Source: the human T2T-CHM13v2.0 reference genome, Homo sapiens. Taken from it: a DNA stretch of 64,000 nucleotides. Positions 55,250-64,000 of this stretch are shown here, piece by piece. The first letter of the stretch is position 1; the number at the start of each line of letters is the position of its first letter. Below the pieces are notes generated by a model that saw nothing but the letters and a program-made list of their open reading frames with translations, was not told where the DNA came from and searched no databases. Both the position numbers and the translations under genes were made by a program. The stretch lies in NCBI RefSeq assembly GCF_009914755.1, contig NC_060939.1, one strand, 5' to 3'.

Positions 55250-57124
55250 TTTTTTTTTTTTTTTTAAGAAAGAGAATTTTCAGAGTCAAAAGAACAGAAA
55301 TCAGTAATCTGTTCTCTTCCAGGGTGGGGAGAAAACCTCCTTCCCCATAGGTTCGAGACTATGGCTAGATGGTGAAGAAGGGAGCTCAGTACCCAACCTT
55401 GGGGAGACACAGAAAGGGCCCATGCCAGGCACTTAGCTAGAGGCAAGCGTAGCTTTTGGGCCACAAGACCTGATGGCCACTGGGGTACTGGCCTGGAAAC
55501 AAGTCCTCATCTTCCCAGAAATGTCTTATTTTTGTCTGCAGCAGCTGGCTGGAGAAAGATTTTGGAAAGGTGTGTACCTGGAGCACCCAAAGGCATACCC
55601 TTCCTTTTTCCTTGGCATAGGCTTTATAACACTGAGGAAAGGTCATGGTTTGGCAATGGAGTCTTCAATAGTCTTCATCCCTGTAGAGTTCAGTGGCTTT
55701 TAGGGTGACAGGAGAGGAGACGACTTGAAAGACCAAGAGTCTTTCAGCTTCTCCCCCACTGAAACGCTATATGCTGGGGCCACAGTTCATGGCAGAACAC
55801 ACACTCACACACACATCTCGGGAACCCAACAACTCGGGAGCAGGTAGTTCTGGGTATTGTTGGTCTGGCATTTGCCTACTTGGCATCTAAGCTGTCCTAA
55901 AGCTCCTTACAATCACTTCTCACTATTTCCAGGCCCATGTGGTGAGGCCCTCCAGCTTTCACTCTGTCCGTCAGGTGATCCTAAAGGCACAGCATAGGAA
56001 AGACCCTTACTGGGATGACCACTGCTTGGAAGCAGGGAAGGCTAAGAGGCCTGCCCCTACCCAAGGCTGGTATAGATGTCCTCTGCTCTGCTTCTCAAAG
56101 ACTGGGAACAGGTTCAGCAACTCAGTATCTGCCATGTCATCAAACCAGGACTGCACAGGCACTGCATTCTCTGGGTGGAAGATGTAAGAAGCAGACAAGT
56201 TGTCCAGGATGAGGGTTTTCCTCAGGTTCCTCCCCAGGCGGCTGAGGTTCCTGACTTAGCAGCCCTGGTGGAACCACAGGACTCATGGAATAGGTGAGCC
56301 CGGAACACCCCACACCGGCCAGCAGATCCGTCACAGGGTTGGCATACTTGGCCAGGTTGGCAGTGAAGGGAACACATTCAAAGAGTTCTCTCATTCGTCT
56401 CTTTCCACGTGAGCTCTTTTGAGGACAGAAACCTGCTTGAGTGGTCTCCTCAATCTCTGTAGGCACTGTGAAGCTAGCATTGTTGCTGGGCTTAAAGATG
56501 CACAAGGGCTTCATCCAGGTCAGTGACCACACAGATCCTCCTTTGATCTTCCTCTGTCACCTTGGGGCAGACACGTCCCTGGGATCCGATAAAACTGGTA
56601 CTGGAGACACTGGAGCAGATCCGACTTAGCAGTGGTGTTGGCTTCCTCCTTATATGGATGAGCTCAGTGGAAGAGCTTGACTGGCCATGCTGGATGCGAA
56701 AATAGCAGACAAGGGCCTTGAAGATGTTATATCCACGAGGCTTCTTAAGGAGGGCTTGGAGACCAGGCCTTGCTTGGTGAGCACCAGGGCATCTTCCCCT
56801 GTGCCTGGGTGATGATGGAACTGTGCTCCATCTAATTCCACAGGTGCGGGCTGGTTGGGTGGAAGAACCAGTGAGCCCATGGTCTGGGCTGGGCTGGGGG
56901 GCCTGGGTTTGGGCTTGCTGCAACTCCTGAGACTCCCGACTCCCACAGCTGTTTACATACCCCCTCTCCTTTCCTCCCTGGGCTGCGAAGCGAGGTGGCC
57001 TGTACCAAGGGTGGGCGCCCGGAGATGGGCTCCCTTGGGTACCCTGGCTCCAGTCTCCTAGCAGCAGCTCTGGGCTTCTCAGTTTGGGTCCAAAATGGAG
57101 AATCCAGAGTGAAAACAAGAGAGG
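55250..57124 (-). pseudogene. CTDSP2 (SCP2) processed pseudogene, antisense within FAM98B intron 1
   Basis: Intronless CDS homology 56831 (ATG, MEHSSIITQ) to 56042 (TAG). Pieces EDALVLTKQGLVSK, KKPRGYNIFKAL, VTEEDQRRICVVTDLDEALVH, LFECVPFTANLAKYANPVTDLL and [27 protein letters not shown] lie in different frames. GC-rich 5'UTR, ~780 nt 3'UTR, poly(A) as T-run 55249-55265, degenerate TSD aacaatcttact (55238-55249) / aataatctttct (57125-57136). Confidence 0.93.
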
Positions 57125-57744
57125 AATAATCTTTCTGAGAAGAAATGGACAGTATAGCAAAATATCCACTGTGTTGTAGATGAAAGATAGTGGACATTTT
57201 TAGGAAGCAGAGAGAGGTAGAGAGTTGGATGAGGGGCAAAGACAATAGGTTGGGTAAATGATGGGAAAAGAAAGGGTCTTCTGTTTTATCTCTTGGCTGA
57301 TGAAAATAGAAAGTAAATTAGGCCCTGGTTGTATTGTTGAGGAGAGTTGCCAGCAGCCCTAATGGACTGAAGATTTGGATCACCCAGCTTGAAGTAGTGT
57401 CTGACCAGCAACTATGCTTCCAGGGTATGAGGCTTTGAGGGAGGGCCTAGGCCTAGGGGAGATGTTCCCAGTGTTTGGAATAACAGTAGCACTTTGATGA
57501 ATAACTAAGAATATATAGAACAAACTAGGAGCATGGTTATTCTCTGTAAACGCAGAATGGCATTGGAAATCAAAGCCAGTATGAAATAAATGTGGTAAAC
57601 ACTAAACAGTTGCTAAATGTAGCATAAATAGACTCTTAAATGCCTGCTGTAATTTCTCATGTACTGCAAGAGGAGAAGGAGTGATGATAAATATTGAGAG
57701 TTTTTTTTTTTAAATGAAAGTAAAAAAATAAGTACTATGCTGCT

Positions 57745-57898
57745 TAAGAGAGGTCTGTGGACTAGCAGCGTCATCATCACCTGGGGAGTAGAAATGCAGA
57801 ATCCCAGACATCATTCCAGCTCTACTGAATTAGAATCTTTATTTTAACAAGACCCTCAGGAGATTCATATGCACATAAAAGTTTAAGAAGTACTGTTC
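57745..57898 (+). mobile_element. MER5A-like
   Basis: catcacctgggg..agaaatgcagaatcccag..aaagtttaagaagtactg. Confidence 0.75.
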
Positions 57899-58949
57899 TA
57901 GCCAGAAAAGTGCTTTCATATTCTTATTCGGTTATCTAGCAGAATATACTTAGACACTTCTATTGCCTAAGACAATTAGATACATTTCTGGATGGTGACA
58001 GAACAATACAGGCTAAGAGTGTGGGGCTATGGAGGTAGGTTGTGTGGCTCAGTTCCGGGACAGTTGTTAGCTATGATTATGGCCATCCCGGATGAATTAT
58101 TTACCTTTATCATCCTGAGCTTCCTCATCTGTAAAATGAAGCTAATAATAGTATCTACCTTATAGGGTATTGTGGCAACTAAATGAGACAATTTATATAA
58201 ATTGTTTAGCACTGACCCAACATACAGTTAGCACTTTCTAAATGTTAGCCACTATTGCGATTTTGATTGTTACTAGATGGTCAGGTATGTTAAATGCATT
58301 TATTTGTTCCTCTTTTTATTTTTACTTCATCTGATGAGCTAAGGCATTAAAGATTGGATTTTTTTTTCCAAATTCAGAATTTTTTGTGATTTGATCAGTT
58401 CTTGTTGGTTTTTATTATTGACATTTCAGTTAAAAAAACTTACATCAATATGAATTAAATTTCTTCAAGAGTTTATGAGTATTGCTTTATTGCAGAAATG
58501 AAAGCAAATAAGAGGATATAAGATGTTTACTATGAAATCTCATTGAGAGGCATTGTAAGACATAGAGGAAGGCTGAGTCATAGAAGAACCAGCCTTGAGC
58601 TGGGGGGTGCAGAAATAATATTCTAGTCTCAGCTCTGCCTTTACTTGGCTGTATCAACTGGACCAGATTATTTCCTTAGTTTCCTTATAGTTGTAGACAG
58701 AGGTCTAACAAGACCTATGTTAATGATGGAGCATTTGGGTTAAACGTGGATTTAAATCCTAGTGCCATTTTCTGATTCTACAGAATTAGGATAATGCTAA
58801 CTTAAAGCATTGCTGTAAAGATTAAATGAAATATATATATATATATATATGCCTAGCACTGTGCCTGGCCTGCTACATAAAGGCAGGTTTCCTAATGTCA
58901 TGAAGTCTTAGTTTCTTTACCTACAAAATGAGGATTTGAAAATACTTGT

Positions 58950-60350
58950 ACTTACCCTTCATCTGATATAACCAGAGAATTCAAAGAAAAAGAAATGCAA
59001 GTGGCCTTTAAACATATGCAAAGATACCCTACGTCTTGCTTGTAAGAGAAATGTAGATAAAACTATACTGAGTTACCAGATGGTCAAAAATCCAAAAGTT
59101 TGACAACTTTGATGAATTATGAGGGAATGGGTACTCGGATACCTTGATGGTACAACCCCTCTACAGGAGAATTTAATAGTATCTGGCAAAGTTATGTATC
59201 TATTTACCCTTTGACCCAACAGTCTCACCTCTAGGAATCTATCCTAGATAAAAACTGACAAAAATTTGCCAAACTATATTAACAAAACACTGGAAACAAT
59301 CCAAGTGTCCTTTAGTAGATGCCGATTAAATAAAATATGGTGCATCCAGACAGTGAGGTAGTATATAACTGTAAAAATGGTTGAATACTATGTCTAAATA
59401 TTGATCTCTACTCTATGTAAATGTATGTGTGTGTGAGCATGTATGTGTTTAAAGCAAGGACTAGAACAGTACATAGTAGGCTACCTTTTATCTGGAAAAG
59501 GAGACAAAAATGCATATATTTATACTGAAAAACATGATGGAAGGACAACCCCAAACTAATAAATATGGTCACCTGTAGGGGAGGGAGAGAACAGAGTAGA
59601 GGATACAAGATTAAAATTGCAAACTAGATTTTTCTGATGCATTTTGTTTTTTAAGTTAGACTTTGAAACTGCATTAATGTTTTACATAATTATAAGACAA
59701 AAATGAAATAAAAAGAAACAAATCCCTACAAATTAAAGCTGAACAAAACAAATGTCTATTGATATATTGAGTAGGTGGTTTAATCACATGGGAATTGTTT
59801 TTCTGTATATCCTTACAGGAATACGTCGTAAATATAAAAAAATTAAACTGTAATTTTATTGTTAGTAGTAATGCTGGATTTCCTATTCTGAAGCCATAAG
59901 TAATTTATACCTATTTTAATATATATTAGGAATTTGTAAATGTTATTAAAACAAGAATTGTCATTGTAAGAGAAGATAAATAAAAATGTAAAACAAAATA
60001 AGTAAAACCCCTACAATTCTAAATTCCAGTTGGAAATAGCAATATGAAACTGATATAGTTTCTCTGAAAAAGGCATAGAAACAGTGACCAACCTTTGGTA
60101 GCAGATTATGTACTCTAAATACCATTAAAAGAATCGGGGCTCCTTGGAGAAATGCCTGATTCCAAGTCTAAGGCAGGAAGATGTTGTTGTAGAAAGCAAG
60201 GAAAGTATTCAGAGAGTACGGAGGACAAGACAAAGGGCTCGACTGGCCTACCTGAATGGGCTACTATAAACCAGAGACAGAAGAATTTGAGTATCAAAAG
60301 AATAACTGTGATGGATTAAAACACATCAAGTATATTATCTGTGACTTTAT
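58950..60350 (+). mobile_element. Old L1MC/ME 3' region
   Basis: tttaccctttgacccaacagtctcacctctaggaatcta; ctggaaacaatccaagtgtcc. Confidence 0.7.
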
Positions 60351-60507
60351 AATGTTAACAAAAGTTCAGTTGCAAAAAGAACCATAAAAGTAGAAAACTG
60401 ATCATCTAATTCAGTTAAGATAGTATATAAAGTGTTTTGAAAATTTAAGATTCTTGTGAAATACAATTTGCAGAAATGTTTAGAAGTGTAAAATTATAAA
60501 TAAATGA

Positions 60508-60850
60508 GGCCAGGCACGGTGGCTCACACCTGTAATCCCAGTACTTTGGGAGGCCGAGGTGGGTGGATTGCTTGAGCTCAGGAGACCAGCCTGGCCAACA
60601 TGGCTAAACCCCCTTTCTACTAAAAATACAAACATTAGCTGGGTGTGGTGGCAGGCACCTGTAATCCTAGCTACTCTGGTGGCTGAGGCATGAGAATCCC
60701 TTGAACCCAGGAGGTGGAGGTTGCAGTGAGCCAAGATTGTGTCACTATACTCCTGCCAGGGTGACAGAGTGAGACCCTGCCTCAAAAATAAAATAAAATA
60801 AAATAAAATAAAATAAAATAAAATAAAATAGTAAAGTAAAATAAATAAAA
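60508..60850 (+). mobile_element. AluS with a (TAAAA)n tail
   Basis: Dimer followed by aaataaaata repeats. Confidence 0.9.
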
Positions 60851-61081
60851 TAGGTTTAGATTAAAATGATCTAATAGATTCTTTTCAACTTTAGCTTTTT
60901 TAAATTTGTAATTTGTGTCTGTGCTTTTTTCACCATATTTTTATTGTAATTAATATAAGGCTATTAGACTTTATGCTGTATTTGACTTTGTGATACCTGT
61001 GGTATTTATCTGAAAATTGGTAGATAATTTTACTGTAAAATGTTAAAACATAGGAAAAAAGCCAAATGTTAATTATATAGA

Positions 61082-61250
61082 GCAGGAATCAGCAAACCAT
61101 TTCTTTAGAAGGCCATGTAGTCATCATTTTCGGTTACAAATACTTAGCTCTTCCATTGTAGTGTGGAAACAGCCGTAGCCAATTTGTAGATTAATACATT
61201 TAATGGCTGTGTTCCAATAACATTTTATTTACAAAAACAAGCAGCAGACC
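61082..61250 (+). mobile_element. MER58-like hAT fragment
   Basis: caggaatcagcaaac; ggctgtgttccaataacattttatttacaaaaaca. Confidence 0.75.
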
Positions 61251-61324
61251 TTGACACAGAGTGTTGGAGGTTTTTTTGTTTGATTGGCTTATTTAGTTTT
61301 TAACTTGTATTTCTTCCTTTCTAG

Positions 61325-61470
61325 GTATAAAGGACCATTGTTAGAAGAGCAAGCCCTTACAAAGGCGGCAGAGGGTGGATTATCTTCACCTGAATTTTCA
61401 GAGCTCTGTATTTGGTTAGGCTCTCAAATAAAATCATTATGCAACTTGGAAGAAAGTATCACGTCTGCTG
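61325..61470 (+). CDS. FAM98B: FAM98B exon 2 (YKGPLLEEQALTKAAEGGLSSPEFSELCIWLGSQIKSLCNLEESITSA)
   Basis: Polypyrimidine tract and ctag acceptor ending at 61324; 146 nt; first G completes the Gly codon from exon 1; donor G|gtattg at 61471. Confidence 0.96.
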
Positions 61471-62065
61471 GTATTGCCATTATGTTGTATTTACTTTTCT
61501 GTTTAATAGTAAACTGATAACTTACGGTTTATAGTTTTATCAATAATGTGCCCACTGTACAAAGAAAAATCACATATTCCAAAGAATTTCAGTATGTGGT
61601 AGTAAACATTTTTGGATTAAATTTTATATTAATCCAGAATTGATATTTAAATTTGCTATAAAACTATAAGCAATTACTATTTATCTGCTATTTTTTTCTC
61701 TTCCTGACGGCTCTGATATCTGCTGTCTAAACCTTAGTATTGTTTTTTAGAAAAAGTAGGGTCTGAATTTGATTATTTAAAAGTTTAATTTTTGAATGGT
61801 GCTCATGTTGAATTAAGGCTTAAAATATTATATATATATAATTCCTAATTTGTGTTCTGAAGCTTGTAGCTCAGGATATGGATTCACATAGGAATACTTC
61901 TATTAAAAACTTCTGTACTAGCTCATAAAGCTTCTTTAGTTCATTACCATCTTAGTAACTGGAGTCCTGTGGGTCTTTGGTAGAATTTCGGATATTAATA
62001 GTATAATAAAAAGAAAAATTAAAAATTGTGCATTCACAAAAGTAGCTTTTTCTTTGAAAAGTATC

Positions 62066-62194
62066 CTTTTTTTCTTAAGAGATGGGGTCTTGTTATGTTG
62101 CACAGACTGGACTTGAACTCCTGGGCTCAAGCAACCCTCTCACCCCACCCTCCCAAGTAGTTGAAACTGCAGGTGTGGGCTACCGCACCCAGCC
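62066..62194 (-). mobile_element. FLAM-like monomer in FAM98B intron 2
   Basis: gagatggggtcttgttatgttg..gaactcctgggctcaagc. Confidence 0.8.
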
Positions 62195-62561
62195 AGATCT
62201 AACAGTTCACTTGACGCAAAGTAAACTAATTTGAATTCTAAACATATAACACGACTGCCTACATAATTACATTATGAAATAAAGATAAGCAGTGAGGGTT
62301 AATTAGATGGTTGCATTTATTTTCTGAATATATAGAAATATAGTAGAAATGGATCATTTGCTCTGAAGTGAATTAATAATTATAGCCATAATAATGCTTT
62401 TACTATTTCAGTTGTTAACGTAAGCTTCGTGATCACACATTTAAGGATTTAATGTGAAAATTTAGAATTGAATGTAAAATGGAAATAAACGAGTAGATTT
62501 TATAGTATTGGATTATATGGTAAATGCTCAGTAAATGTTTTATGATTTTTCTTTTTTAAAG

Positions 62562-62696
62562 GAAGAGATGATCTAGAGAGCTTCCAGCTTGAGATAAGTG
62601 GCTTTTTAAAAGAAATGGCATGTCCATATTCTGTACTCATATCAGGAGATATTAAAGATCGTTTAAAAAAGAAGGAGGACTGTTTGAAACTTCTAT
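62562..62696 (+). CDS. FAM98B: FAM98B exon 3 (GRDDLESFQLEISGFLKEMACPYSVLISGDIKDRLKKKEDCLKLL)
   Basis: Acceptor tttttcttttttaaag| ending at 62561; 135 nt, phase 1-1, open in frame with exon 2; donor T|gtaagt at 62697; the gene continues beyond the window. Confidence 0.96.
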
Positions 62697-63473
62697 GTAA
62701 GTTATCTTGAACATTTAAATGCATGTGTTTGACATGGTTTTTATTATTTTCAAGTCAAGATTTATTAATGAAGCATTAGACATTTTGTATATTAAAAGGG
62801 TTTTAATATTTTACTTAAAATACAAAGCTATCTCAGAAATGTTTATATAATATAGTATAAATTTTACCAGTATGCCTTCTAACACTTGTGATTTATTTGG
62901 CCAATATAGAATGTCCTGTGTTTGTGATTTATATAGTACTTTAGTAATTTTTCCTTTATCTCATTCTATCTGTTATTGTTCGTGACTATATGGCTAACAT
63001 TGATGATCTCCAAAGTCCTATTTAATCTAAAAACTCTCTGAAACTAGGCACTGGATGATAATTTGTTGATCACTTACTCTAACACCAAGAACTGCTCTGG
63101 ATACTAGGGATATATGAGGGTTGCTTGTTTTGTTTTTTTTTAAAAAATATAAAATTTGTGCCTTTAGGACACTTTAAATGTGGCCAGTTTCATCAGGGAG
63201 GGATTTGGAATATAGGTCATACTGTATTCAAACAATTACCATAAATAGTAGGTCCATGTTTGTGTTGGGTTCCTTTCATCATTTTTTTACTTTAGGCTAA
63301 TTTTATAATGTTTTTAAAGTTCTACAAACAATGACTATTTGAAAGAATTTTTCTAATACCTTCTATTATTGAAGATTTCTATTTCAGATCATGCCATTTA
63401 TAAAAAGATTACACGTGACATATTCCTCCTAGGCGCTAGTGTTTTAATAAAGTTTGTTTCATTAGAGATGAAA

Positions 63474-63475
<2 letters not shown>

Positions 63476-63507
<32 letters not shown>
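63476..63507. repeat. (TG)16 microsatellite
   Basis: Read directly from the sequence. Confidence 0.95.
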
Positions 63508-63510
<3 letters not shown>

Positions 63511-64000
63511 AGTGGTGACAAAAGTATTGGCATTGAAATTACCTTGTGTGTGTTGAGTGGGGATAAAAATTATATGCCCTCTCTCTCCATCCCAATACAC
63601 CATTCTCCATCTTCCTCCCATTTGGTGTGAGTCACTGATTTAATGAACCACTGTTATTGGGAGATCACAGTAACTCTTAGGTATATTGGGACAGAAAGGA
63701 ACCTAGGAAACACCGGCTAGAGGAACTTGCATATCCTTAATATCAGTCAATGAGAATTATGTAATCCATCATGGTTCCCTTTCTCCTTAGCTGCTAAGAA
63801 GCTTAGCAATTGTAGTGATACAGGTTTCTGGTACAAGTAGGAATAAAAAAGAAATTTAACAGAAATATATAGTTTTTTTCTGATTATAAAAATAACATGT
63901 TCAGGAGGGCGGTGATGAGGAGTTAGTGTTTAATGGGTACAGAGTTTCAGTGAGGAAGACGAAAAAGTTCTGAAGATGGATGGTGACGTCATAGAACTGT

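Noticed and set aside
56492-57169. 225-aa ORF, the longest in the track, as a novel chimeric protein
   Set aside because: It starts at GTG outside the insertion and runs through the pseudogene 5'UTR and frameshifted CDS. It ends just after a mutated DLDEA motif, so it is a chance open frame in a GC-rich retrocopy.
61284-61517. 77-aa ORF as a stand-alone gene
   Set aside because: It is FAM98B exon 2 plus flanking intron, and starts at TTG.

Overview
This is primate genomic DNA, apparently human, matching the FAM98B locus (15q14, between SPRED1 and RASGRP1, from recall). The first ~51 kb are intergenic and repeat-dense: Alu/FLAM, L1, L2/MIR, MaLR and ERV LTRs, and hAT/Tigger fossils. They include a near full-length old L1 (~31.0-40.5 kb, minus strand) that has taken five later insertions. 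FAM98B starts at a CpG island near 51.4 kb on the + strand, and coding exons 1-3 splice in frame. Intron 1 carries an antisense, 5'-complete, frameshifted processed pseudogene of CTDSP2. Nearly all ORFs in the supplied track are repeat-derived or begin at non-ATG codons. I found no evidence of a new multi-gene system. The most unusual signals are repair and retrotransposition scars: two local templated insertions copied from 1.4-1.7 kb upstream, a fold-back duplication beside an (AT)n tract, a probable solo poly(A) insertion, and a retrocopy with no poly(A) signal. Repeat subfamily names come from remembered consensus sequences, and the boundaries of old repeats are approximate.
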